From: Lama glama
Lineage: Eukaryota
Direction: 5' to 3'
DNA: 64,000 bases
Assembly (NCBI GenBank): GCA_028534125.1
Contig: CM052818.1
Span: 808,001 to 872,000 of the forward strand
The notes under the pieces were generated by a model. The model was not told the DNA's origin, did not search any database, and worked only from the letters and a program-made list of their open reading frames with translations. Shown here one piece after another: positions 13,915 to 27,500 of this stretch (the first letter of the stretch is position 1; the number at the start of each line of letters is the position of its first letter). A program made the translations under genes and the position numbers.

Positions 13915-16146
13915 GGAGATTATACATCATGATCAAGTGGAGTTCATCCCAGGGACACAAGGGTGGTTCAACATGTGCAAATCAATCAATGTAATATATC
14001 ACATCAACAAGAGAAAGGACAAAAACCACATGATGATCTCAACAGATGCAGAAAAAGCACTTGATAAAATTCAACACCCATTTATGATAAAACCTCTGGG
14101 TTTAGAGGGAACATATCTCAACATAATAAAAGCTATATATGACAAACCTACAGCCAGCATAGTACTCAACAGTGAAAAACTCAAAAGCTTCCCACTGAAA
14201 TCTGGGACAAGACAAGGCTGTCCACTCTCACCACTCCTATGCAACACAGTCTTGGAAGTACTGGCCACAGCAATCAGGCAAAAGAGAAATAAAAGGGATC
14301 CAAATTGGAAAAGAAGAGATTAAAATGTCACTATATGCAATGACATGATACTATATATAGAAAACCCTAAAAGGTCCACACAAAAACGACTAGAACTAAT
14401 CGAAGAATTCAGCAAGGTAGCAGGTTACAAGATTAACGTTCAAAAATCAGTTGCATTTCTTTACACTCACAATGAATCAACAGAAAAAGAAAGTAAAGAA
14501 ACAATCCCCTTTAAAATAGCACCCAAAGTAATAAAATACCTAGGAATAAATCTAACCAAGGAGGTGAAAGACTTATACATAGAAAACTATAGAACACTGA
14601 TTAAGGAAATTAAAGAAGACTTAAAAAATGGGAAGATATCCCATGCTTCTGGATTAGAAGAATCAATATTGTTAAAATGGTCATACTGCCCAAGGCAATC
14701 TACAGATTTAATGCAATCCCTATCAAATTACCCAGGACATATTTCACAGAACTAGAACAAATCATAATAAAATTTATATGGAACCACAAAAGGCCTAGAA
14801 TTGCCAAAGCATTACTGAAGAAAAAGAAAGAGGCTGGAGAAATAACTCTCCCAGACTTCAGATAATACTACAGAGCTACAGTAATCAAAACATCATGGTA
14901 TTGGTACAAAAACAGACATATAGACCAATGGAACAGAATAGAGNNNNNNNNNNNNNNNNNNNNNNNNNNNNNNNNNNNNNNNNNNNNNNNNNNNNNNNNN
15001 NNNNNNNNNNNNNNNNNNNNNNNNNNNNNNNNNNNNNNNNNNNAAACAAAGCATAAGTAAAACAAAACGACAACCTACGGAATGGGAGAAAATTCTTGCA
15101 AATGAAACTGACAAAGGCTTGATCTCCAGAATATACGAGCAGCTCATACGACTTAATAAGAAAGAAAACAAACAACCCAATCCAAAAATGGGCAGAAGAC
15201 CTAAACAAGCAATTCTCCAAGGAAGAAATACAAATGATCAATAGGCACATGAAAAAATGCTCAATATCACTAATTATCAGAGAAATGCAAATCAAAACTA
15301 CAATGAGGTATCACCACACACCAGTCAGAATGGCCATCATTCAAAAAGTCCACAAACGGTAAATGCTGGAGAGGCTGTGGAGAAAAGGGAACCCTCCTAC
15401 ACTGCTGGTGGGAATGCAGTTTTGTGCAGCCACTGTGGAAAACAGTATGGAGATTCCTCAAAAGACTAGGAATAGACTTAGCATATGACCCAGGAATCCT
15501 GCGCCTGGGCATATATCCAGAAGGAACCCTACTTCAAAATGACACCTGCACCCCAATGTTCACAGCAGCACTATTTACAATAGCCAAGACATGGAAACGG
15601 CCTAAATATCCACCAACAGATGACTGGATAAAGAAGAGGTGGTATATTTATACAATGGAATACTATTCAGCCATAAAAATGACAACACAATGCTATTTGC
15701 AGCAACATGGATGTCCCTGGAGAATGTCATTCTATGTGAAGTAAGCCAGAAAGAGAAAGAAAAATATCATACGAGATCACTCATATGTGGAATCTAAAAA
15801 AAAAAAAATGAATACAAAACAGAAATAGACTCATAGACATAGAATCCAAACTTGTGGTTGCCAAGGGGGAGGGGGGAAGGGGTTGGAAGGGACAGACTGG
15901 GAGTTCAAAATCTGTAGATAGTGACAGGCATATGTAGAATAGATAAACAAGATTATACTGTATAGCACAGGGAAACATACAAGATCTTGTAGTAGCTCAC
16001 AGTGAAAAAGAAAGCGACAATGAATATATGTATGTTCATGTATAACTGAAAAATTGTACTCTACACTGGGGATTGACACAACACTATAAAATGACTATAA
16101 CTCAATTTTTTAAAATGTAAAAAAAAAAAGAAAAAGAAAAAGAAAA
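13915..16146 (+). mobile_element. Young 5'-truncated lineage-specific L1 (RT through 3'UTR and A-rich tail); contains a 100-N gap
   Basis: Near-intact ORF2 peptides [40 protein letters not shown] and [14 protein letters not shown], then an A-rich tail at ~16119-16146. Confidence 0.92.
14944..15043. other. Assembly gap (100 N) inside the young L1
   Basis: N run. Confidence 1.
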
Positions 16147-19100
16147 ACTCCTGAAAGAAGTCAGAGGGAAAAAAAGCCTTATCTAAAGAGGAACAAAGAA
16201 TTACTTCCAACTTCTCAAAAACCATGCAAGCAAGAAGAAAACAGAGTGAAATATTTAAAGTGTTGAGAGAAAAAAACCCATGAACTTAGAATTCCATGCC
16301 CTCCCTATGCAATTATCCTTCAAACTGAAAAAGGAATACTTTGTTAGACAAACAAAAGTTAAGAGCATCTGTTGCCAGGAGATCTGCCATGCAATAGTTG
16401 TTAACAAAAATACTTTAGAGAAGAGAAAATACAGGTCAGAAACTCAGGTCTACATAAAGATAGGAAGAGAATAGAAGAAAGAATAAGCAAATGTTAAAAA
16501 ATATCTTTTTTCTTATTCTTAATTGGTCTAACCGATAATAGTTTGTTCAAAACATTGCTTGTGTATATGTATGTATGAAATGAGTGGCAGCAATGATATA
16601 AGGGACAAGAGAGGGAGGAATTGGATTTTGTTATTAGAAGGTACTCATACCTCATACTATCTATGAAGTGCTATAGTGTTAATTGAAAATACACTTGGAC
16701 TAGTTGTAAATATATTTTACAAATTCTAGGATAATCACTAAAAAGAGTTTTAAAAACAAGGATAAACAGAACAGACTTCAAAGAAAGGACATTATCAGAG
16801 ATAAAGAATGGCACGCCATAATGACGAAGGGGTCAATTCTACAAGACAAAACAATCCTCAATGTACATGTGGCTAAGAAGTGTCAAACTACCTGAGAAAA
16901 ACTGAGAGAGCTGCAAGGAGAAATAGATAAATCCATTATCATAGCTGGAGACTATCACCACCTCTTCATCAGAAACAAACAAATCCATCAGGCAGCAAAT
17001 CAGTAACAAACAGCTGACCTCAAGATCATCATCAATATACTGGATATAACAGACATACATAAACTACTTCAGCCAAAAACAGCAGAATATACATTCTTCT
17101 CAAAGTCATATGGAACATTAACCAAGACAGGCCACATTCTGGGCCATAAACACACCTTAACAAATTAAAAAAAAAAAAAACAGAAATCATACAGTGTCTG
17201 CTCTTAGACCACAAAGGAATAAAACTAGAAATCAACAAAGATAACTGAAAAATCCCAAAATATGTGGAAATTAAAAGACTTCTAAATAAAATATGAATCA
17301 AAGAAGAAATCTCAAGGAGTTTTAAAATATATTAACCTAAATGAAAAAGAAAAGACAACTTATGAAAATTTATGGGATGCAGCACACAGAAGGAAATTTA
17401 CAGCACTGAATGCAAATATTAGAAAAGACGAAAGATCTAAAAATCAGTATTCCAAATTTCCACCTTAGGAAACTAGAAAAACAAGAACAAATAAGTCCAA
17501 AGTAAGCAAAAAAAAAAAAAAAAAAAAAAAAAAGAACAAAACCAAAACCTGGTTTTCTTGAAAAGATCAGTAAAATCAATAAGCCTCTAGCCAGGCAAAC
17601 TGAAAAAAAAAAAAAAAAAGCATAAATTACTAATACCAAAAATCAAAGTGGGGATATCACTATAGGTCCCATGGACATTAAAAGGATAATAAAGGAATAC
17701 TATGAACAACCACATAGCCACAAATTTGACAGCCTAGATGAAATGGACCAATTCCTTGAAAGATAAAATATGCCAAAACTCACACAAGAAAAAAAAAGAC
17801 ATTCTGAAATAGGCACCTATTTATTAAAGAAATTGAATCAATAATTAATAACCTTTTAAAAAAGAAAGCACGAGGCCCAGGTGGGTTCATTGGTAAATTC
17901 TACCAAACATTTAAGAAAGAAATTATACCAATTCCCTACAAACTCTTTCAGAAAATAGAAGCAGAAGGGATACTTTCTAATTCATTCTATGAAGCCAGCA
18001 TTAGCCTAATAAAATCACCAGGTAACGATATTTCAGAGGGCGGGAATATAGACCAGTATCTCTTCTCCTGAATACAGATACAAAAATCCTCCATAAAGTA
18101 TTAACTAATCAAATTCAACAAAGTATAATCATATGCCATGACCAAGTGAGATTTATCCCGCATATGCAAGACTAGTTCTCATCATACAAAAATCAATTGA
18201 TGCAATCTAGCACATCAAAAGCCCAAAAAGAAAATCACGTGATTGTATCAATAGATGCCAAAAAAAAAAAAGAATTTGAAAAAAATCCAGCACCTATTCA
18301 TGATAGAACTATCAGTAAACTAGGAATAGAGGAAAACTTCCTTAATAAAGAATATCTACAACAAACCTACAGCTAACATCATATTTCATGGTAAGAAACT
18401 AAAAGCTCTCCCACATATATCAGAATGAGTTAAACATCACCACTCCTTTTAAACATCATACTAGAATTCCTAGCTAATGCAATGGACAAGTAAAGGAAAC
18501 AAAAAGTATACAACTGGAGAAGGAAGAAATACAACTGTCTGTGTTTGCAGATGCCATGATCATCTATGTACAAAATCTAAAAGAATCAACAAAAAAACTC
18601 TAAGAACTAATAAACAATTACAGCAAGTTGCCAAATACAAGATTAATATACAAGTCAACTGCTTTCCTATATATCAGCAAATAAGTGAAATTTAAAATTA
18701 AAAACACAATACCATCTATATTAGCACCCTATAAAATAAAATATATGAAAGAAATCAAAGAAGAACTAAATAAATGGAGAGATATTCCACGTTTATGGAT
18801 AGGAAGACTCAATATTGTGAAGATTTTCAGTTCCTCTCAACCTGATGTATAGATTCAATGCAACTCCAATCATAACTCCAGCAAGTTATTTTGTGAATAC
18901 TGACAAGCTGATTCCAAAGTTTATATGGAAAAGTAAAAAGCCCGAATATTCAACACAATATTGAATGAGAAGAACAAAGTTGGAGGACTGACACTACCGG
19001 ACTTCAAGGCCTACTATAAAGCTGCAGTAGTCAAGACTGTGCAGTATTAGTAAAATGACAGACAAATATATCACTGTAATGGAACATAGTTCAGAAACAG

Positions 19101-20084
19101 ACCCACGTAAATAGTCAAGTGATCTCTGACAAAGGGACAAAGGTAATACAATGGACTAAGAGTAAAAGTCTTTTCTACAAATGCTGCTGGAAAATTGCAC
19201 ATTCATGTGGAAAAAACAAATCTAGACACAGATTTTAAACCCTTCAAAAAATTAATTCAAAATGGATCATAGACCTAAATGTAAAATGCAAAACTATAAA
19301 ACTCCTAGAAAACAACATAGGAGAAAACCTAAATGATCTTGAATATGGTGATGACTTTTAAGACACAGGACCAAAGAGACAATCCTTGAAAGAAATAACT
19401 GGTAACCTAGACTCACTAAAATTAAAAACTCCTGTTCTGTGAAAGACAATGTCAAGAGAATGAAAAGTCTGTGTCAAGTCACTCCCAGATATGTCTGGGA
19501 GACATATCTGATCAAAAGACACATCTGATCAAAAACTGTTATCTGAAATATATAAAGAACTCTTAAAAGTAAACAACAACAAAATAATCCAATATAAGAA
19601 TACAGACATTAACAGATACCTCACCAAAAAAGATGTACAGCAGGAAAATAAATACATGAAAAGACATCATGTCATGAGGGAAATGCAAATTAAAACAACA
19701 AAAAGATACTACTACACACCTATCAGACTAGCCAAAATCCAGAACCCTGAAAATGTCAAATGCTGGCAAGGATGTGGTGCAACAGAAAGTCTGACTCATT
19801 GTTGGTAGGAATGCAAAATGGCAGAGAGAACATTTATAAAATGGTTTGGCGGTTTCTTACAAAACTAAGCATACTCCTTACCACTGGATCTAGCATTTGT
19901 GCTCCTTGATATGTACCCAACAGAGCTGAAAATGTATGTCCACCAAAACATCTGCATCTGGATGGGTTATAGTAGATTTATTAATAATTGCCAAAACTTG
20001 GAAGCAACCAAAATGTTCTTCAGCATACAAAGGGATAAATTCTATTCAGCAGATGAATGGATAAACTCTCAAAGAGCACGAGAT

Positions 20085-22235
20085 ATCTTTTCATTTCTTT
20101 GTATCACCTTCAATTTCCTTCATCTGTGTTTTACACTTTTCAGAGTATAGGTAACCTCCTTGGTTAAGTTTATTTCTAGGTATTCTGTTGCTTTTCATGC
20201 AATGGAAATGTTTATGCCAGTTACAAAATTCTGGTTTCTGAAGTGAAAAAAACAAAAGGCGAAAGAACGGCTGCAAATGGCAAAATATCCTTCTCTTTAT
20301 GGGTGAGTTGTATTTTTGTATATATATGCAATGTCTTCTTTATCCATTCATCTATTGACGTGTACTTAGGATGCTTCCACATCTTGGCAGTTATAAATAA
20401 TGTTGCTATTAATAGTGGGGTGTATGTATCTTTGTTAATTGATTCTTATTTTGTGGTTGGCTTTATTCTTTTGATAACTACAGTAGTTCAAAAAGCTAAA
20501 GCTCTAAACGGTCTTAGAAACAATGAACAGTACATACATGTAAATTTAAAAAAATATGTGCAGTACACTGTATGTATGTATTTACGTGCAATACACTGTA
20601 TATGTGCAAACTGTAACAATTCTACCTAATAAAACTGAAAAGTGAATAAAAAAGAGTACTAACATTCACTTATAAATGTTCAAGAAGGAGAAGTGAGAAA
20701 GAAAAGGGCAGAGAACATATTTGAAGACATAATAGCTGAAAATTTCCCTAACCTGGGAAAGGAAACATATCCAGGTTCAGAAAGCACAGAGCCCCAAGCA
20801 ATACCAAACATAAAGATATCTACTCCAAGATACAATATAATTAAAACAGCAAAATTTAAAGATAAAGAGAAAATCTTAAAAACAGCAAGGTAAAGGCAAC
20901 CAGTTACGTACAAAGAAACACCCAGAACACCATTACTTTTCAGCAGAAACTTTGCAGACCAGAAGAGAGTGGCATGATATACTTACAGTGATGAATGGAA
21001 AAAACCTACAACAAATAATATTCTACACAGCAAGTCAGCAAAAGCTAAAAGAGTTCAGCACCACTAAATGAGGTTTACAAGAAATTTTAAAGGGACTTCC
21101 CTAAGCAGAAAAGAAAAGGCCACAAGAAGAAACACGAAAATTATGAAAGGAAAAAATTCACCGGTAAAGACAAACATACAGTAAAGCTAGTAGATCAAGC
21201 ACTTATAAAATAGGCAGCCTACTGAATGGAAGATATTGGCAAATGATATATTTGATAAGGTGTTAATATCCAAAATATACAAAGAACTCATAAAAGTTAA
21301 ATCAAAAAAACAAACTTGATTTAAAAAATAGGAGGATCTGAATAGATATTTTTGCAGAGAAGACACAGATAAAAAGATGCTCAACATCACTAATCATCAG
21401 AGAAATGCAAATCAAAACCTCACTGACATCTATCACCTCACACTTAGAATGGCTATTATCAAAAAGACAGCAAATAACAAGTGTTGGCAAGGATGTGAAG
21501 AAGAGGGAACAGTCATAAACTGTTAGTGGGAATGTTAAGTTGCTGTGGCCACTATGGAAAACAGTTCCCCACAAAATTAAAAATATAACTACCACATGAT
21601 CCAACAATTAACTTATGGGTATTCTTCCAAGGGAAACATACTAATTTGAAAAAGATATATGCACCCCTATGTTCACTCCAGCATTACTTACAATAATCAA
21701 TATATGGAAGTAGCCCAGTGTCCATCAATAGAAGAATGGATAAAGAAGATGTGATATGTATATACAATGGACTATTAGTCAACCGTAAGAAAGAATGAAA
21801 TCTTGAGATTTACAACAACGTGAGTGGACCTAAAGGGTAATATGTTATGTGAAATAAGTCACACAGAGAAAGACAAATACTGTGTGATTTCACTTATACG
21901 TGGAATCTAAAAAGCAAACCAAATGGATAAGTCTAACAAAACAGAAACAGTCTCATAGACACAGAAAGAAACAGGTGGTTGCCAGAGGGAAGGAGGATAC
22001 AGGGTGGGGAAGAATGAAACATGTGAGGGAGATTCAGATGTAATAAAGTAAATAAGTCATAAGGATAAAATGTACAGTATGGGGGAATGTAGTCAATACT
22101 AGGGTAATAGCTGTATTGTGAAAGATGGGAACTAGACTTATCTTGGTCATCATTTGTAATGTACAGAAATAGCAAATCATTATGTTGTGCAGCTGGGACT
22201 AACATAGTTATACTCATACTTCAATTTTTAAAAAG
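20085..22235. mobile_element. L1 fragments (minus pieces ~20085-20440; plus ORF1 and 3' end ~20680-22235)
   Basis: ORF1-like AENIFEDIIAENFPNLGKE, plus L1 3'UTR motifs. Confidence 0.75.
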
Positions 22236-22986
22236 GTTAATTTATATATTTACTTATAAATTTGATTTTAAGGAAAATGAATAGCACAGAATAGCTTAAT
22301 AGTCAGAAAAGACAACTTAAGTGCTGTTATGTGACCATGGAAAAATATTTACCATGTTTATTACATCTATTATAGAGTTTAAAACCCTACTGAGCAGCAA
22401 GAAAACCAATGCATGTCAGGATAGGAAGTAAGAGTGATACGACTGGGGAAGAGGACCCATAGGAATTCAATGACACTTGGTAACATTCTATTTCTCAAGC
22501 TGGATGGCCAATATACAGGAATTATTTCTACTTTTCTTTATTTTTTATATACGTTTCATATATTTTCTTTTCTATGCATGAAATAGTTCATAATAGAAGG
22601 AAAATAAGTCCCACTAAGAAGAAAGTCATTGACACATAACCTACAACAGCTATGTGTTCTTAAGGAGAGACTACATATCTAAAAATAGCTGGAGTTCATT
22701 TGCATCTCAAAATATCACTCTCAAGAGAAAATAAGTGACAAGAACACACAAAATGAGCAAACCCACTTTTTTTCTAAGACAATTTTTCTAATAGATGAAT
22801 CTGGAATTAATCAGAACCTACAGAATCTAATCCTTAAGTATTAAGTTTTGAAGAATTAAGACTCCTAACACCTTAGCCAACAACTATTAGCAACTCAGCT
22901 GGAGTCATCAATGCCCAGGTAAGAGATCCTAATCCCACACACTTTCTTCCACATTATCTCTCTTAATTTCTAAATTTATTTTATAC

Positions 22987-23120
22987 CTTGGACAAGTCAG
23001 TTGTTCTCCCATGACCAAACAACTTTGCTTTGATCTCTTCTACTTTTCTCCTGTCATCTTCGTTTAATTCTGAAATGGAGTAGCCACAGTCATGAGCCAT
23101 ATTAAACTTCAGATTCCAGG
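22987..23120 (-). CDS. ALMS1: ALMS1 coding exon (exon 9 equivalent), 134 nt
   Basis: ttttctccag|CC TGG...TCC AAG|gtataa. Encodes (A)WNLKFNMAHDCGYSISELNEDDRRKVEEIKAKLFGHGRTTDLSK. Confidence 0.95.
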
Positions 23121-23356
23121 CTGGAGAAAAAGCATAAAAATATTCAAGATAATACAACACAAAAGTATCAGCGACTTTAAGAACATAGAAGATCATCAAT
23201 ATACCCAATTTAATGCCTACCACAGTGCTTGGTAAAAAGTGTGTGCTCTCAATTTTATGACAAATTCTTAGTTCTTAAGAGATAATTTCACTGAAAAGTG
23301 AGTTTTTTTTTTAAAGAAAAATATTCTATAGACATTTCCCTAAAGAGGCCACTTTA

Positions 23357-23690
23357 TTTATTTATTTTTAACTGAAGCATAATCAGTCACAATGTGTCAA
23401 TTTCTGGTGTACAGCATAATGTCCCAGTCATGCATATGTGTGTGTGTATACACACATACATATATTTGTTTTCATATTTTCTCATTGAAAGTTATTACAA
23501 GATATTGAATATAGTTCTCCATGCTATACAAAGGAAATTTGATTTTTTAATCTATTTTATATATAGTAGTTAACATTTGCAAATCTCAAACTCCCGAATT
23601 ATCCCTTCCCATTCCCTTTCCCCCGGTAACCATAAATTGTTTACTATGTCTGTGAGTCTTCCTGTTTTGTAGATGAATTCATTAGTGTCC
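23357..23690 (-). mobile_element. Short L1 3'-end insertion with target-site duplication
   Basis: T-rich tail on +, flanked by aaagaggccacttta / aaagaagccacttta. Confidence 0.75.
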
Positions 23691-24507
23691 CAAAGAAGCC
23701 ACTTTAAATATAATATTCAACTATTTTTATCTTAATCTTCCTTCCAATCAAAATAGTCCACCTATCAGCTCCTACTATAGTTACCACCAATTCTAACAGC
23801 TAATACTTTAAAATAATAAAACCTGAGTTCTTTGGAGAATCAAAATATGCATAAATGAGAGAAGGCATGGTGTAGGAAGTTAATCTCAAGAGAAGATTTC
23901 TAGTTAGGCCTGAATTACTTAAAAGTTGCCCTCCAAAATATATGCCCCATGTTGTCTTAATTTTTTTTCCCTTTTTTAATGGAATTCTGCAATTAGAGAT
24001 GAATGGAATTAGTAAATATTCCTTTTTAAACCTCTAAACCAAGTATGAGTTTGAAATACCTTGATTAGTTTTTCTGATGTCTATCTAAGATCTGCTTCAA
24101 GAATTTTATTAAAATGAAAAGGGGATGAGAAAGTATATACAATTTTATGATACAGAGTGACAGAGAAAAGCAAATCAGGGTTTTTTATTGCCTCCAAAAT
24201 AAAACATCCTAGTCTTTACATTGTAGTGTCCTTATTTTGTTTTGGAAACTCAAGTGATCTCCCCTTACTTTCCTTCAGACATCACTTTTCTTTAAACTCA
24301 CTTTTCTTTAAACTCAAACTAGCACTGTTAATACTATCTTAGCTATATTGTTGGTTAACTGGGTTTATTCTGGATTGACGGTAGAAAATGTAATCATTCT
24401 AACAGTTCTACAAGAAAATAGACTTAGCGCCCCAAACACTTAACTTTAAGCCAATTATTAAACTATGTAAGTTTGACCTGAGTCTATAACAAATCATCAC
24501 TTCCTAC

Positions 24508-27500
24508 CTCGCGCTCGTACCCGAGATTCCTCTTCCTCTGCGTTTCTGAGTATTTGTTTAGCATGGTTCAGTGAGGATTCACATTTCAGAAGGTTTTTCA
24601 CATGTGCAGCCAGTGAATCTACACTGCTACCACCACCATCATCGCTCTCTAACACACCCTCTTCCTCTCTGCTGTCTGTCACGCTCGTCTTGGGTGAAGC
24701 ACGTGGAAGGAAGTTTAGAACATCAGAAACTGACTCTAGGGAATTACTGTCCCATGAGCAGGAACTGGCATCACTACTTGAATCACTTTTAATGATAGTC
24801 ATCATAGGGATAACAATTTTATTCCCAATGGTTCCACTATACCCTTCAGGTTCAGACCTCATTACAGATTTGGCTGCTTTATATTGCCTAAGAGTTTCAT
24901 CTAACGTCACTCTGGCTTTGCCTTCTGCTTCCTGTACAGGACTTCGGACCGCAGTTGAACTAATAAACTCCCAATTTTCAATACCTCTCTGGCATTTCAG
25001 ATTCGTCTGTGTGCTAATATCCTTCTGCATGCACTTGTTATTTGGGCTTTCTTCTGTAAATGGCTGTCTGTGAGACAAATCACCATTAGATTCATCAGTT
25101 GTGGGGGGTTCTTTGAAGCAAACCACCTTCTTAGATTGTATAAAAGAAATATCACTAACATCTCTGAAAGGGACAAGGGGAACAGGAAAATTATATCGTC
25201 TCAGTGCTATATTTTCTGCTTCCATTAGAAGTGTCCGAATCTCTTTAAGAGTTTTGGAACCATTGTCCATACCCCGGATTTCTTCGGTGCCAGCATCTTC
25301 AAAACCTGATGATTCTGGCTTATTTATTACAATTCTACTATCAGCCTGAGAATTTAAAGGCATATTGCTTGAGATAACACTGGAGTTAGAAGATTCCAAA
25401 TTATCTATTAGCCTTTGGACATGGTCTGAAACAAGTTTGTGCTTCTCACTATATGAATAACTATCAGGGGGAACTGTTAATAACCCAGTAATCTGATCAG
25501 CTTGCCCAAGATTACTAGAGGACTTTGGGTCATCTTCAGTTAGATGTCTTTCTGGTAAATCCTGTTGGTAGAATATAACTGGTTTCTCCCTGTGTGAAAA
25601 GGAACTAGGAGGAACTGATGGTAACACAATTTTTTGGTCAGCTGGTCCAGGAACTGTTGAAACCTTTAACGTATCTTCAGTTTGATGTTGGTCTGGCAAT
25701 TCCTGTGGGTAGAAAATATCAGATTTCTCTCTGTGTGAATAGGAACTAGAAAGAGGTATTGCTATTCCAGGATTCACATCAGTTGGTTCAGGGACAGGTG
25801 AAATCTTCAGGATATCTTCACTCTGATGTCTGTCTGGCAACTGCTGTCGGAAGAAAATACTGGGCTTTACTCTCTGAGAATAAGAATTACGAAAAACTGT
25901 CAGTAATGGAGTCTTCTTGCTGTCCAGCCCAATCACAGCTGAAGTCTTGGGCTTCTCTCTATGTGAGTAGGAACTCGTTGGAGCTAACGGTAACTCAGTC
26001 TTCTGGTCATCTGGTAAAATCACAGTTGAAATCTTGAGTTTCTCTTTATGTGAGAAAGAACTAGAAGGTCCTGTTGGTATCTCAGTGTTCTGGTCAGCTG
26101 GTCCAGGGAGAGCAAAAACTTTCAAAGCTTCTTCAGTAAGATTTGGCAGCTCCTGCTGGTAAAAACCATCAGGCTTCTCTCTAGATGAGTAAGAACTAGA
26201 GGGGCTTGTTCGTATCCCAGTCTTCTGGTCAGATGGTCCAGGAACAGCTGAAACTTTCAAAGTTTCTTCAGTAATATCTGGCAACTCCTTCTGGTAAGAA
26301 AACACGGGGCTCTCTCTATGTGAATAGGAAGTAGGGGGCACAGTTTGCATACCAGTGTTCTGGTCTGCTTGTCCAGGAACCCCTAGACGTTCTAAAGCAT
26401 CTTTATTAGAATCTGGCAACTCTTGCTCATAAGAAATGATGGGCTTTTCTCCACGTGAGTAAGTGGAGGTTACTGCTGGAATCCCAATCTTCTGGTCAGC
26501 TGGTCCAGGAACCTCTAAAACTTTTAAAGCCACTTGAGTAAGATCTGGGAACTCTTGCTGATAAGAAATGATGGGCTTCTCTCTATATGAAGAGGAACTA
26601 GATGGTATTGTAGACATCCCAGTCTTCTGGTCAGCTGGTCCAGGAACACCTGAAACTTTCAGAGCCTCTACAGTTAGCTGACTGTCTGGCAAGGCCTGAT
26701 GGTAGAAAATAATGGGCTTCTCTTTATGTGAGTAGGAAGTAGAGGTTACTGTAGGTATCCCAGTCTTCTGGTCACCTGTTTCAGAAATACCTGAAACTTT
26801 CAGAGCCTCTTCAGTAGGATGACTGTCTGGCAACTCTTGTTGGTAGAAAATACTGGATTTTTCTCTATGTGAGTAGGACCTAGAAGATTCTGATGTTCCA
26901 GTCTTCTGGTCAGCTGGTCCAGCAACAGCTGAATCTTTCAGAGCCTCTTCAGTTAGATGACTGTCTGGCAACTTCTGCTGGTAAAAAATAATGGGCTTCT
27001 CCCGATGTGCGTAGGAACTAGAGGGTACTGTCTGCAGTCCAGTGTCCGGGTCAACTGGTCCAAGAATAGCTGAAATCTTCTGAGTCTGATCCTTTAGGTG
27101 ACTGTCTGGCAACTCCTGCTGATAGGAAAAACTGGTCTTCCCTCTATGTGAGAAGAAAGCAGGGGGAGCTATTGGTACCCCAGTCTTCTGGTGACCTAGT
27201 CCAGGAGTACCTGGAACCCTCTGAGCCTCTTTAGTTAGATGACTATCTGGCAACTCTTGTTGGTACAAAATACTGGGCTTCTCTCTATGTGAATAAGAAG
27301 TAGAGGGGACTGTTGATATCCCAGTCTTCTGCTCAGCGAATACAGGGGCAGCTGAAACTTTCTGAACCTGTTCAATGAGATGACTGTCTGGCAACTCTTG
27401 TTGGTACAAAATACTGGGCTTCCCTCTATATGCGTAAGAAGTAGAAGTTACTGTAGGAATCCCAGTCTTCTGCTCAGGGGGCCCAGGAGCTGTTGAATCT

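Larger units (their letters stand above)
13530..20030 (+). mobile_element. Old L1M element (ORF1, ORF2, 3' part) hosting a younger L1
   Basis: ORF1-like [23 protein letters not shown] at 13755, with decayed ORF2 from ~16770 to 20030. Confidence 0.8.

Noticed and set aside
24571..26037. Plus-strand ORFs of 73-127 aa (likewise 2777-3040 and 45030-45335)
   Set aside because: Antisense shadows of ALMS1 coding sequence with no independent gene signals.
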